From assembly GCA_001794025.1 (NCBI GenBank), contig MGJA01000008.1, positions 358 through 64,357 on the forward strand: 64,000 bases of DNA, in the 5' to 3' direction. Source of the stretch: Candidatus Yanofskybacteria bacterium RIFCSPHIGHO2_01_FULL_41_21 (GTDB lineage Bacteria; Patescibacteriota; Minisyncoccia; 2-02-FULL-40-12; GWA2-44-9). Both the position numbers and the translations under genes were made by a program. Positions 23,539 to 33,647 of this stretch are shown in pieces. The notes below the pieces were generated by a model, which worked only from the letters and a program-made list of their open reading frames with translations, searched no databases and was not told the origin of the DNA. Every line of letters starts with the position of its first letter. Within the stretch, counting starts at the first letter, position 1.

Positions 23539-25611
23539 TTAGTTTACTTTCCAGATTTTGTTGCCGGAGAGGATATAGATAGTGCCGTCGGAGGAAAGGG
23601 TGGCACTGGAGATTGGTTGAGCAGAATTAATTTTTAATGTTTTTGAGACGACGCCGGAATCTTTGGCAAAAATGTATATTCTACCGGTAGAAGCATTTAC
23701 AAGATACAAATTCGGCGAATCAGTGGTAGTAAGAAGCATACTGCCCGAATCAGGCGAGATTACGGTTTTGACGTCGGTTACTTTTTTGCCCTTGTAGTAT
23801 TTAGTTAAAACGCCGTCTGAAGAAAGAATATAAATATCACCATCAACCGCAATGAGCGAAGCATTGTTGACTAAAGTCGTGCCAGAGGCGAGCCAAGGTT
23901 GAACATCGGTCTTGCCGAGGGCGACATCAGTTATTTTAATAATACTCGTGGACGTTAAGCCGTAAAGATTATCCTGATAGACCTCAAGATTGACAAGCGT
24001 ATCACTTGAGAATTCCTTGGTGGTTAAAGCGGACTTGCTTATTGAAAAAGAAGTGACTTTTTTAGCATTGGCATCAATCAAAGCAATGTAAGCATCGCTA
24101 CTGAATATGGCTGAAGGGGAGATATCTTTGATTTGAGTAGTGCCGGCAACAGTCCCATCGGCAGAAATTTTTAACAAAGAATTAGAGTCCCCGCTCGACT
24201 GAACGCCATCAGTCGTTTGGGCGGGCTTTCCTTCCAGATAGGCATAAAAATTGGTTCCGGAAGAAGTAATAAGTTTAGCCGTACCGGAGTCCGCAGGAAT
24301 ATCAATCGGGGAAGTTAATGTCGCATCAATGGCATTGTCCATACTATCAAGAGCGAGCATCAATTGATTTTTGGTCTCATCGGCCTTCTTAGAGGAGCCG
24401 TTAGTTGATTCACTTTGACTGATACTGGCCAAGGAGCTGATTAATAATCCACGGGCACCTATAAAATCACTTTGACTTAATTTATCTTGGGCGAGTTTAA
24501 GATTGGTTTGAGCTTCAGTGATAACAGCATTGAGTTGACGAGTCGTTGCATCTACAAATACAAATGACTTGAGTGAGAAAACAGTTATTAAAATAATAAC
24601 AGCGACACCTCCCATTGCATATGCTTTTCTTTTGGGTGAAGTATTCATGTTTTTAAATCGGCGAAAATGTTTAGAAAAAATGAGTTCTCTTTTTCCACGC
24701 GCAAATTCGCTGGGGATAATTTTCGGTATAGCCGGTTCAGGAGAGAGCTTAACGACGGTTCTGGCTACGGGGGCAGGATCTTTTTCCTGTGTCGTATCTT
24801 CTTTCTTGGACTCAGTATTAGCAAGTTGAACTGCCGGCGTCAAGTCGTCAGTGGTCTCTTCTTCAACCGGTTCCTGCTGAAGTTCTTTGGGTTGGGGTTG
24901 GGCCTGACGACCGACAAGCAGGGGTTCAGTGAATTTTTGAATGTCTATATGAAGAGCAGCGCAAGCAAATTCGGGCTTGGTCTCTTTAATAGCCATCAAT
25001 TGAGCGGTAAATTCGTCTTGAGTTGTCTTAAGAAAGTTATCCTTTATGTATTTTTCTCGGGCAGTGGTACTGCGACTTGGGTAAAAAGCAAGAATGTGGT
25101 CACCCTCAATAATTTTCCCGGAGATGATATTAGAAAATTCTTTTTCTTCAATTGTTTCTTTATTGAATAATTGAATATTATTGAGGATGTCTATATTTTT
25201 ACCTTCACGAGCGAGAATTATTTTGAACTTGCCGAGTTTAGAAATATGGATTTGGTCATTGGCAATCGCGAAAATACCGATGTTGATTTTGGTCTCCTTG
25301 TTTTTGAAAAATTCTTCAACGACTCCGTTGATTTTTTTAAGGGCGCCGGAGAAAGCATCCTTGGGACTTGCGTCAGGATTGGAATAATATTCACGTTTGG
25401 CGAGGGAAGCGACGAGATTTAAAACATAACCAACATCAATATCATCCGAATTTTCAATGGTTCGGCCTTGAATATTTCCGATAACAAAAAGATTTCCGAG
25501 GGCTTGGCTATTAGTGTTGTTGTCATAGGAGAACAAATCAACCGGACCTTCTTTGGCGTTACCCTTAATGAGGATCTCTTTTGCGACCGGATTGATGAAT
25601 ACTTTTTCCAT
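23539..25611 (-). CDS. hypothetical membrane-anchored protein with C-terminal beta-propeller-like repeats
   Basis: 690-aa ORF; central TM helix (AMGGVAVIILITVFSL); C-terminal repeated beta-strand units. Confidence 0.6.
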   Translation of the reverse strand: MEKVFINPVAKEILIKGNAKEGPVDLFSYDNNTNSQALGNLFVIGNIQGRTIENSDDIDVGYVLNLVASLAKREYYSNPDASPKDAFSGALKKINGVVEEFFKNKETKINIGIFAIANDQIHISKLGKFKIILAREGKNIDILNNIQLFNKETIEEKEFSNIISGKIIEGDHILAFYPSRSTTAREKYIKDNFLKTTQDEFTAQLMAIKETKPEFACAALHIDIQKFTEPLLVGRQAQPQPKELQQEPVEEETTDDLTPAVQLANTESKKEDTTQEKDPAPVARTVVKLSPEPAIPKIIPSEFARGKRELIFSKHFRRFKNMNTSPKRKAYAMGGVAVIILITVFSLKSFVFVDATTRQLNAVITEAQTNLKLAQDKLSQSDFIGARGLLISSLASISQSESTNGSSKKADETKNQLMLALDSMDNAIDATLTSPIDIPADSGTAKLITSSGTNFYAYLEGKPAQTTDGVQSSGDSNSLLKISADGTVAGTTQIKDISPSAIFSSDAYIALIDANAKKVTSFSISKSALTTKEFSSDTLVNLEVYQDNLYGLTSTSIIKITDVALGKTDVQPWLASGTTLVNNASLIAVDGDIYILSSDGVLTKYYKGKKVTDVKTVISPDSGSMLLTTTDSPNLYLVNASTGRIYIFAKDSGVVSKTLKINSAQPISSATLSSDGTIYILSGNKIWKVN

Positions 25612-25673
25612 TGAGTTGCTATTTAAACCGAATTCAAGTATCTTATTGTCATTCTAAGTTAATTCAACCCTAA

Positions 25674-25868
25674 ATGTCAAAGCCAATACTTGATAACCTT
25701 TTCGGGTCAAAAGTCAGGGTTAAGATTCTTAAGTTTCTTTACCGTAATTATCCCGCCGATTTTAGTGTTCGGGAGATTGCGCAACGTATCCAAGAGAAAC
25801 CTCAAATAATAAAAGAGGAGTTAGTATTATTGAAACAAATTACAATTGTTAGACAAAACAGAAAATAG
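25674..25868 (+). CDS. small wHTH-like hypothetical protein
   Basis: 64-aa ORF, FSVREIAQRIQEKPQIIKEELVLL. Confidence 0.4.
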   Translation: MSKPILDNLFGSKVRVKILKFLYRNYPADFSVREIAQRIQEKPQIIKEELVLLKQITIVRQNRK

Positions 25869-25870
25869 AT

Positions 25871-26335
25871 ATGGCTTCTAAAACAAAAACAAAAAATAAA
25901 TCAGTAAAATCAAAAAAGAGACCAAAGGTTCGCCCTAAGGTTGAACGGTTTACTTTGAATCAGGATTTTGAATTTTTCTCCGAATTGAGAAGTTTAGTTT
26001 TGAAATCATCGGCGGGGGAGAAAGAAAGAATGATTCAAAAAGTTTCCAACCTTGGCCGGATTCGGTTAGCGGTTATTTCCGGAATTTTTTTGAGCGATCC
26101 GGATTCTATTAATCAATATGACGCACCGGCCGATTTGTTTATCGTCGGCGATGAAATAAACCGCGCCAAGCTCCGTAATTTTTTGGGTTCTCTTGAAGCC
26201 GAAATCGGCACAGAAATTAAGTTCACTTTAATGGATAAAGAAGAATTTGATTACCGCTTCAATATGTTTGACCGATTTGTAAGGGTGTTGTTAGAAGGAC
26301 CGCACGAAAAGATAGTTAATAAAATCGGTCTCTAA
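25871..26335 (+). CDS. hypothetical protein
   Basis: 154-aa ORF immediately after previous one. Confidence 0.45.
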   Translation: MASKTKTKNKSVKSKKRPKVRPKVERFTLNQDFEFFSELRSLVLKSSAGEKERMIQKVSNLGRIRLAVISGIFLSDPDSINQYDAPADLFIVGDEINRAKLRNFLGSLEAEIGTEIKFTLMDKEEFDYRFNMFDRFVRVLLEGPHEKIVNKIGL

Positions 26336-26340
26336 TTTTG

Positions 26341-26436
26341 GCCGATTTCTGCGTTGCTGGCTCCGATGCTCGACGCCATACCATATTAGTATGGCTTACT
26401 CCGCTTCTCGCCAGCGCCTTGAACTCACCTCAAAAT
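26341..26436 (+). repeat. ~95-nt GC-rich structured element family E (copy 1), short TIR ctctaatttt/aaaattagag
   Basis: reverse complement recurs at 28036..28130; internal palindrome gccatac-catattag-tatggc. Confidence 0.8.
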
Positions 26437-26467
26437 TAGAGGCCTATTATGTTAATATGATTCTATT

Positions 26468-26539
26468 GCGCCCTTAGCTCAGTGGTAGAGCACAGCATTC
26501 ACATTGCTGGGGTCGTAGGTTCAATCCCTACAGGGCGCA
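26468..26539 (+). tRNA. tRNA-Val (anticodon CAC)
   Basis: acceptor gcgccct/agggcgc, D-arm gctcagtggtagagc, anticodon loop ttcacat, T-arm gtagg ttcaatc cctac. Confidence 0.8.
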
Positions 26540-26653
26540 CAAAACGTATTAAAAAGTTATGTACCCAGATAGTAGATTTTCGGATGCAGTACTGGGTTAT
26601 CAACATTGCATTCATTTTCAGAGTGGGATATTATACCTAATAGATGGTATTAA

Positions 26654-27100
26654 GTGGGTGAAAGTGGAATGTTAATAGGCGAATACAAACACAACTTGGA
26701 TGCGAAGAAACGACTCTCTATTCCTTCTAAATTTCGTAAGGAATTAGGGGAAGGGGCAGTTATTACTCGCGGATTAGACAATTGTCTGTTTGTATTCCCT
26801 TCAGCGCACTGGGCGAAGTTAGCCGAACGACTTGGCAATATGCCCATTGTTCAACAGGACTCACGTTCATTTGCCCGTTTATTGTTATCCGGCGCCGTAG
26901 AAGTGGAATTTGACGGTCTGGGACGCATTCTAGTGCCCGAGTATTTAAAAACATATGCAGGTTTAAAAAAAGTAGCCGTGGTTGCCGGTTTATATAGTCG
27001 CCTTGAGATATGGGATGACGAGAAATGGGAGAACTATAAGGCAAATTTAGAAAAAAATTCCGATAGTATTGCAGAAAAATTGAGAGAGTTAGGAATTTGA
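26654..27100 (+). CDS. mraZ: transcriptional regulator MraZ (start may be 26669)
   Basis: MLIGEYKHNLDAKKRLSIPSKFRKELGE...duplicated MraZ halves. Confidence 0.85.
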   Translation: MGESGMLIGEYKHNLDAKKRLSIPSKFRKELGEGAVITRGLDNCLFVFPSAHWAKLAERLGNMPIVQQDSRSFARLLLSGAVEVEFDGLGRILVPEYLKTYAGLKKVAVVAGLYSRLEIWDDEKWENYKANLEKNSDSIAEKLRELGI

Positions 27101-27101
27101 T

Positions 27102-28013
27102 ATGCATACGCCAGTTCTTTTAAATGAAGTTCTTGAATATCTTTTATCGGCCCGCGCTACGCCGGAGGCTTCGGCGAGGCGAGGCGGACGATACATTGAT
27201 GCCACGATGAACGGTGGTGGGCACACTTTAGCGATAGCCGAACGGGTTCAACCCGATGGTGTTGTCTTGGGGATTGAATGGGATACAACTCTTTTTCAAG
27301 ATACTGAATCGCAACTGGCAAATCATGAATTAAGAAAAAACTTGATTCTAGTCAACGATTCGTATGTCAATTTAAAAAAGATTGCCAAAGACCATGATTT
27401 CCAGCCCGATGGTATCTTGTTTGATCTGGGATTGTCCTCATGGCATTACGAAATGAGTGGGCGGGGATTCACATTTAAAAAAGATGAGCCATTGGATATG
27501 AGGTTTAACCCTTCAGGTGGGGTACCTGTTAGCGAGATTGTAAATCTTTATGATGTCCCAGAGCTTGAACAGATTATCCGGGACTATGGTGAAGAGCAAT
27601 TTGCCAGAAGTATTTCGGAAAGCATTGGTCTTAATCGTAAGAAAAGACCAATTATGACGACCGAGGACTTAGTGGCCGTGATTAATGTGGCGGTCCCGGA
27701 CTGGTATAAGCATCGTAAGATTCATTTCGCGACTAAGACATTTCAGGCCCTACGGGTCGTGGCCAATGATGAGTTAGGGAATGTTGTTAAAGGAGTTAGA
27801 ACGGCCATTGATATTTTAAAGCCCGGTGGACGGATTGTAGTGATATCGTTCCAGGGTCATGAAGATAAGATTGTTCGGGAGATATTCAAAGAACAAGTGA
27901 AGGCCGGGCGAATTATTCAGCCCGTCAAAGGTACGATTCGACCGACGTGGCCGGAACAACAGCAGAACCCTAGATCAAGAAGTGCGAAGATGAAGGTTGC
28001 AGAGAAGGTTTAA
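27102..28013 (+). CDS. rsmH: 16S rRNA (cytosine1402-N4)-methyltransferase RsmH
   Basis: PVLLNEVLEYL...DATMNGGGHT SAM-binding motif. Confidence 0.9.
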   Translation: MHTPVLLNEVLEYLLSARATPEASARRGGRYIDATMNGGGHTLAIAERVQPDGVVLGIEWDTTLFQDTESQLANHELRKNLILVNDSYVNLKKIAKDHDFQPDGILFDLGLSSWHYEMSGRGFTFKKDEPLDMRFNPSGGVPVSEIVNLYDVPELEQIIRDYGEEQFARSISESIGLNRKKRPIMTTEDLVAVINVAVPDWYKHRKIHFATKTFQALRVVANDELGNVVKGVRTAIDILKPGGRIVVISFQGHEDKIVREIFKEQVKAGRIIQPVKGTIRPTWPEQQQNPRSRSAKMKVAEKV

Positions 28014-28035
28014 CAATAAAAAATAAAAACTTCTG

Positions 28036-28130
28036 ATTTTAGGTGAGTTCAAGGCGCTGGCAAGAAGCGGAGTAAGCCATACTAATATTGTATGGCGTCG
28101 AGCATCGGAGCCAGCAACACAGAAATCGGC
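28036..28130 (-). repeat. family E element copy 2 (inverted relative to 26341 copy), flanked by aacttctgattttag TIR
   Basis: reverse complement of 26341..26436 at ~93% identity. Confidence 0.8.
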
Positions 28131-28182
28131 TAAAATCAGAAGTTTGTTAATACATGGAGCAGGAATGCCTTCGTGATATACC

Positions 28183-28527
28183 GTGACTGCAGTTTCTTCA
28201 CCAAGTCATGTTCAACGCTATTTGTTTGATTGGTCAGTATTCTCAAATCCTGTCGTCGTTTTAAATATAGTTTTAATCTGCCTTGCGGTAGTTACTTTTT
28301 CATATTACATTGCCGGGGTTAATGCGGTTACATCAGGGAAGTATCGTGTTTCTACTGAACGGAATAAGATAATTCAACTCACCGAAACCCAGAGTATGCT
28401 TACTTTAGAGAAGTCAACCACCGAGGATCCGGTGGCCGCAATGGCTTTTGCCAAGGATAAGCATTTAGTTGAGGCCAAAGATATTGTTTATGTATTTGAA
28501 AACAATAATGTCGCCTTGCAGAGATAA
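28183..28527 (+). CDS. ftsL: FtsL-like cell division protein (single TM, coiled coil)
   Basis: position between rsmH and ftsI; single N-proximal TM helix. Confidence 0.5.
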   Translation: MTAVSSPSHVQRYLFDWSVFSNPVVVLNIVLICLAVVTFSYYIAGVNAVTSGKYRVSTERNKIIQLTETQSMLTLEKSTTEDPVAAMAFAKDKHLVEAKDIVYVFENNNVALQR

Positions 28528-28652
28528 ATTCTAAGCACGAAATTCTAAATCCTAAACAAATTCCAAATATCAAATTTTAAACCCCGACAGTTTTTATTTA
28601 GAATTTAGGATTTAAAATTTGTTTAGAGTTTAGATATTAGGATTTAGAAATT

Positions 28653-30308
28653 ATGAGGAATGATACTCTTCGGATAAAAATTATCTTTGGATGTGTTATT
28701 ATCGTTGCTGGCATTATTGGCTGGCGACTTTTTGTTCTTTCCTACATTCGTCATACGCTCTACACTCAAACAGCTCAGGCCCAAAATCAGAACATAAGCA
28801 ATATTTTGATTAGAGGAAACATTTTTGTTCAAGATCCGAAAGTCACCGGCACAATGGATAATCAGTGGTATCTTGTGGCTACAAATAAAAAATTTCCTCT
28901 GGTCTATGTTATCCCCGCTAATTTAACCGATTCAGTGACAACAGCGAGTCAGCTCGCTGGAATTCTAAATCTTAACCAAGACGACCTAAAAATATTGCTT
29001 GGAAGCGGTTCAAAAGCGACAAAAATTATTGCTCGCAAAATTACAACTGAACAGGCCGATGCAATAAATAAACTTGATATAGAAGGTATTGGAATTAGGC
29101 ATGAAACAGATCGGTTTTATCCAGCCAATTCTTTTTTGTCAAAAGTTATAGGATTTCTGGGATTTGGCGAAAATGGCCGGCTCGGCCAATATGGAATTGA
29201 AAGTTATTTTAATGATGAACTAAGCGGTCAGGCAACTGATGAGAAAGCCCCACGTCCAGATGATGTTGTTCTTACTATTGATAGAAATGTCCAGATATTT
29301 GCCGAGACCGAACTTCATAATGTTTTGACGAAATGGCATGCTTCAGGTGGAACTATTATTATTCAAGACCCTCAAACCGGTAAAATTATTGCCATGGCGG
29401 ATGAACCGACGTTTGATCCTAATAACTACAGTTCGTCACCAACAAGTACGTATATTAATCGCAACATTCAGGAAATATTTGAGCCCGGTTCATCTTTTAA
29501 ACCAATTACGATGGCGATGGGTATTGATTTGGGAAAAGTCGTACCCAATACGACTTATACCGATCCCGGAATAATTGATATTGCTGGTCGCCAGATTCAT
29601 AATTTTGATAATTTGGCTCATGGTACGGTCACGATGACTCAAATTTTGGAAAAATCATTAAATACCGGCGCCGCTTTTGTGGAAAATCTGGTTGGTCAAG
29701 ATAATTTCTTGGATTACGTTATAAATTTCGGATTCGGACAAAAAACAGCCATGGATTTGCCGGGTGAAGTAAGTGGAGACGTCGCTAATTTATATAGTGG
29801 TCGGAAGGTTAATTTTGTGACGGCCTCATTCGGTCAGGGTATTGCCGTGACGCCGATTCAACTTATTACTGCCTATTCTGCTCTTGCCAATGGCGGAAAA
29901 TTGATGAGACCATATGTTGTTGAAAAGGTTATTCACGAAGGGGGAACGGAAGATGTTACCCAACCCGAAGTCGCCAGTATCCCAATTTCAGAAAAAACAT
30001 CAGCCAAAATCAGAACTATGCTTGTAAGCGTCGTTGACAAGGGCTTTGATAAAGCCCGCATAAAGGGCTATGATGTGGCCGGTAAGACAGGCACGGCTCA
30101 AATTGCCGATGGTCGTGGCGGATATCAGGAAGGCGTGTTTATTCACAATTTTGTTGGTTTCGCCCCGGCTTCAAATCCCAAGTTCGTAATCCTAATCAAA
30201 ATGGATAAACCCCAAGACATTACTTTCGCCGCTGACAGTTTGTCGCCAACTTTTCGTAATGTCGTCGCCTATTTATTAAATTATTACAATGTACCGCCTA
30301 CTAGATAG
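28653..30308 (+). CDS. ftsI: peptidoglycan D,D-transpeptidase FtsI (class B PBP)
   Basis: SSFKP (SxxK), KSLNTG (SxN), KTGTA (KTG) motifs. Confidence 0.85.
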   Translation: MRNDTLRIKIIFGCVIIVAGIIGWRLFVLSYIRHTLYTQTAQAQNQNISNILIRGNIFVQDPKVTGTMDNQWYLVATNKKFPLVYVIPANLTDSVTTASQLAGILNLNQDDLKILLGSGSKATKIIARKITTEQADAINKLDIEGIGIRHETDRFYPANSFLSKVIGFLGFGENGRLGQYGIESYFNDELSGQATDEKAPRPDDVVLTIDRNVQIFAETELHNVLTKWHASGGTIIIQDPQTGKIIAMADEPTFDPNNYSSSPTSTYINRNIQEIFEPGSSFKPITMAMGIDLGKVVPNTTYTDPGIIDIAGRQIHNFDNLAHGTVTMTQILEKSLNTGAAFVENLVGQDNFLDYVINFGFGQKTAMDLPGEVSGDVANLYSGRKVNFVTASFGQGIAVTPIQLITAYSALANGGKLMRPYVVEKVIHEGGTEDVTQPEVASIPISEKTSAKIRTMLVSVVDKGFDKARIKGYDVAGKTGTAQIADGRGGYQEGVFIHNFVGFAPASNPKFVILIKMDKPQDITFAADSLSPTFRNVVAYLLNYYNVPPTR

Positions 30309-30321
30309 TAATTAGCGATTA

Positions 30322-30368
30322 GGACTCCCGCCCGACTGAATGACTTCAGTCATTCAGGCAGGTAGCCA
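30322..30368. terminator. hairpin family J (cccgactgaatgact..agtcattcaggcggg)
   Basis: related copy at 49262..49300. Confidence 0.45.
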
Positions 30369-30380
30369 TTAGCAAAAAAC

Positions 30381-31673
30381 GTGTATATATTATCTAAAAT
30401 TATTGCTGGTACTTTGGCTAGAATATATTTGTGGCGTTTCCGCCCGATTATAATCGGCGTAACGGGTAATGCCGGGAAAACATCGACAAAAGAAATGGTT
30501 GGCGCGGTAGTGAGAAGAATTAAAAAAATTCGTGTTGCGAAAGGGAATTTGAATAACGAAGTTGGTCTCCCGTTTAATATTATAAATAATTCGGCCGATG
30601 AATATTATGAAAAAGGTGGGAGTTTTATATTTGGCGTCAAAACATTTTTTAAAGCAATTTTCGGACTTTTCAGTTCTGATTATCCGGAAGTGTTGATTCT
30701 TGAATATGGTGCGGATCAGCCCGGAGATATTAAGAAACTGGCCCGTAAATATAGGCCACATATTTCTGTGGTTACGACAGTAGGGGATGTACCTGTCCAT
30801 GTAGAATTTTTTAAGGAAGCAGATTCCGTTGCTAATGAAAAGTCCAATTTAGTGAAAGTTTTATCAACCAGTGATTTTGCTATCTTAAATCATGATGACC
30901 ATCGGGTATTGGAGATGAAATCAAAAACAAAGGCCAGAGTTATCACTTATGGTTTTAGTGAAGGGGCAGAAATTCGTCCATCAGATGTTGAATATATAAG
31001 CAATGAAGAGGGTCAACCGATTGGAGTAAATTTCAAATTAAACCAAGGCGGTCATTTTATTCCCATAATGATTGAAGGTTCTCTTGGTAAGTCCCAGGCG
31101 TGGTCAGCCGCCGCCGCTTCGGCAGTTGGTTTGGTCCTAGAAATGAATCTTGTTCAAATTTCTGAGGCCCTTCGGGGATATCATGGTCCCAAAGGTCGTC
31201 TAAAGATTCTGCAAGGCATTAAGAATTCAAATATTATTGATGACACCTATAATGCTTCACCGGCATCTACTCATTTAGCGCTAGAAACACTTCGCGATGT
31301 ACCTGCTCTCCGTAAAGTTGCTGTTTTGGGGGACATGCTTGAATTGGGCAAATATTCCGAAAAAGCTCATTTTGCTATTGGCACGTTCGCCGGTGAAATT
31401 GCAGATGTTCTCATATGTGTTGGTTCTCGGGCTAAAAACATCGCTTCGGCTTTTAGTAAAACCGTCGTCGGATCAAAAAAAGAGGTCTTTGTATTTGATA
31501 ATTCAAATGACGCCAAATCAAAAGTTCGGGAACTAATTTCCGAACACGATCTCATTTTGGTTAAAGGTTCTCAAGGAATGCGGATGGAGAAAATTGTGGA
31601 AGAAATTATGGCTCATCCCGAAAATAAAAAAGATCTCCTTGTTCGGCAATCTCGTCGTTGGCTTTCAAAATAG
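30381..31673 (+). CDS. murF: Mur ligase, most like UDP-MurNAc-tripeptide--D-Ala-D-Ala ligase MurF
   Basis: IIGVTGNAGKTSTKEM P-loop; VLGDMLELGKYSEKAHFAIG C-terminal MurF-like motif. Confidence 0.7.
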   Translation: MYILSKIIAGTLARIYLWRFRPIIIGVTGNAGKTSTKEMVGAVVRRIKKIRVAKGNLNNEVGLPFNIINNSADEYYEKGGSFIFGVKTFFKAIFGLFSSDYPEVLILEYGADQPGDIKKLARKYRPHISVVTTVGDVPVHVEFFKEADSVANEKSNLVKVLSTSDFAILNHDDHRVLEMKSKTKARVITYGFSEGAEIRPSDVEYISNEEGQPIGVNFKLNQGGHFIPIMIEGSLGKSQAWSAAAASAVGLVLEMNLVQISEALRGYHGPKGRLKILQGIKNSNIIDDTYNASPASTHLALETLRDVPALRKVAVLGDMLELGKYSEKAHFAIGTFAGEIADVLICVGSRAKNIASAFSKTVVGSKKEVFVFDNSNDAKSKVRELISEHDLILVKGSQGMRMEKIVEEIMAHPENKKDLLVRQSRRWLSK

Positions 31674-31755
31674 TTTCAGTTATCTTCATAATATGAGAGG
31701 ATAGGGTTAATGAGTTCTTTTGGTTTTTTGACATGAACATGAAGAGGAGGGGACA

Positions 31756-32643
31756 ATGTCTCAGATAGAAACGACATCCGTAGAATCGGGAGACCTCACG
31801 CTAAATGAGCGTTTCAGAATTTTCGGGATATTAGGGTTAATATTGGCAAGTTTTGTCTTTTTTGCCCTTTGGCCACCGAGATGGTTGCAGTCAATTGAAA
31901 TGTGGGTCAATACTAGAGCAGTATGGTCAAATTTGCCTATTTGGTACTACATTCTCATCACTCTTGTCGATGTACATATTACAACGGCTTGTGTGTCACT
32001 GTTTCTCCATCGTTGTCAGACCCACGGGAGCATAACTTTCAATCGGTTTGTTGGTTATGCCATGGAGTTCTGGCTGTGGATTTTTACGGCGATGGCAACT
32101 ATCAGATGGGTTGCCGTTCATCGTAAGCATCACGCAAAGGTAGAGACCGACGAAGATCCTCATAGTCCGGTCATGTATGGTGTTTGGCGAGTGTTTTTCT
32201 ATGGGACCAAACTCTACCACCATGCGGCCTATGATGAATTTGTTCTGCGCAAATACGGAAAAGGAATAGCAAGGCGTTGGTTCTATCTCAAGTTTAGTTT
32301 GTTGGGACCAGTCATTGCTTTTGTCCTAAACCTCTGGCTCTTTGGAATCGTCGGATTTCCAATGTGGCTGGTGGAAATGGTCTGGATTCCCGGTTTTGCT
32401 GCCGGAGTCATCAATGGGCTTGGTCACTGGTGGGGGTATCGCAACTTTGATACCCCTGATAACTCCAGGAACTTGCCCTCAAAAATCCTGGCAATCCTTA
32501 CCTGTGGTGAGAGTTCGCACAACAATCACCACTACAACCAGAATTCGCCGAAGTTTTCAGTGAAAAAGGGCGAGATTGATTTAGGTTGGTACTACTCACG
32601 CGCATTAGAGTTCGTTGGCCTGGCCCACAACAGAAATACCTAG
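31756..32643 (+). CDS. acyl-CoA (delta-9-type) fatty acid desaturase
   Basis: histidine boxes HRCQTHG, HRKHHAKVETDEDPHSP, HNNHHYNQ; strong GGAGGGGA RBS. Confidence 0.8.
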   Translation: MSQIETTSVESGDLTLNERFRIFGILGLILASFVFFALWPPRWLQSIEMWVNTRAVWSNLPIWYYILITLVDVHITTACVSLFLHRCQTHGSITFNRFVGYAMEFWLWIFTAMATIRWVAVHRKHHAKVETDEDPHSPVMYGVWRVFFYGTKLYHHAAYDEFVLRKYGKGIARRWFYLKFSLLGPVIAFVLNLWLFGIVGFPMWLVEMVWIPGFAAGVINGLGHWWGYRNFDTPDNSRNLPSKILAILTCGESSHNNHHYNQNSPKFSVKKGEIDLGWYYSRALEFVGLAHNRNT

Positions 32644-33140
32644 CCGCTTGGATAGAAGTTTCAGTCAGTGAAATTTTTCATCCCCGCCATGTAATCCTCT
32701 GGATTCATGGCGGGTTTTCAAATAATAAAAATGTGTTAAAATATAATATAAATAAAATAAATTTCGGCGCCATCGTCTATCGGTTAGGACACATGCTTCT
32801 CAAGCATGGAAGCGGAGTTCGATTCTCCGTGGCGCTACTACTTGATAATATCCAACAGAAAGGGTATTATTTTTTTAAGATATGGCATGGTTGGCCATCT
32901 CTTTTTGTAGGGGGGTGTTCTTTGTGGTTGACTTTCGTTGGGTTATTTTTCGCCTCTCTGTGGTTGACTGGCATCTGGACCGGCTATACGTTTTACGGCA
33001 CAATTCACATTTTGCTCATTCCAACCGTACCAATTCTAGCAATGCAGATCCATAGCTTCTGGATGGGGAAAAACCCGCCGAAGGTTCAATTACCGTTAAC
33101 AAAAGACAGTGGGCACGGAACCTTTGGCCGTCTAACCTAA
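32586..33140 (+). CDS. possible hydrophobic membrane protein (uncertain; overlaps desaturase 3' end)
   Basis: TM-rich ORF; no convincing start signal. Confidence 0.25.
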   Translation: MVLLTRIRVRWPGPQQKYLAAWIEVSVSEIFHPRHVILWIHGGFSNNKNVLKYNINKINFGAIVYRLGHMLLKHGSGVRFSVALLLDNIQQKGYYFFKIWHGWPSLFVGGCSLWLTFVGLFFASLWLTGIWTGYTFYGTIHILLIPTVPILAMQIHSFWMGKNPPKVQLPLTKDSGHGTFGRLT

Positions 33141-33161
33141 GAGACAGAAAGGAGGGGAGAC

Positions 33162-33473
33162 ATGAGTGCAAAGCCCTTGAGTATTGTTGAACCTGACATC
33201 AAGTGGATGCAGGACCTTTCTAATGAAAACGTTGGAAAGGTAACAACGGGTAGTGACGAGAATTGTCCTTGTCCCAGGTGCGGACATTTGATTTGGGAAC
33301 CATTCAGAGATGTCATGATTAGGAAAAACGACCAGACATCTTTCACGAGGCGGTGTGGGCACTGTCGGGGGATGGTCCAATTCGTGGCTTTTCATGAAAT
33401 TGTTGATGAAATTGGGGAGAGGGTGTTCCTTTACGCTGCTCCTTACAAGGCAATACGTCGACACAAGAAATAG
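33162..33473 (+). CDS. hypothetical Zn-ribbon protein
   Basis: CPCPRCGH...CGHCRG; AGGAGG RBS 8 nt upstream. Confidence 0.45.
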   Translation: MSAKPLSIVEPDIKWMQDLSNENVGKVTTGSDENCPCPRCGHLIWEPFRDVMIRKNDQTSFTRRCGHCRGMVQFVAFHEIVDEIGERVFLYAAPYKAIRRHKK

Positions 33474-33491
33474 ACAGATTAGAGCAGGGGA

Positions 33492-33577
33492 AGGGCGCGC
33501 CATCGGTGCGCCCTCTTTACCCCGCACATAACAAGGGCCATTTCTGATGGCATCGCCAGCCCTTGTTATGTGCGGGG
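33492..33577. repeat. terminator hairpin followed by 19-bp perfect inverted repeat ccccgcacataacaagggc (family I)
   Basis: gggcgcgccatcggtgcgccc; ccccgcacataacaagggc...gcccttgttatgtgcgggg. Confidence 0.65.
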
Positions 33578-33647
33578 CTTTACTATTTATCTAAAATACG
33601 CTAATATACCGTTATCTAATTAACGCAGGTCGTTTCAATTCAATTCA

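Noticed and set aside
23115-25422. Several opposite-strand ORFs (23115..23489 minus; 24569..25422 plus set)
   Set aside because: Shadow ORFs inside rplL and inside the 690-aa minus-strand gene; low-complexity translations.
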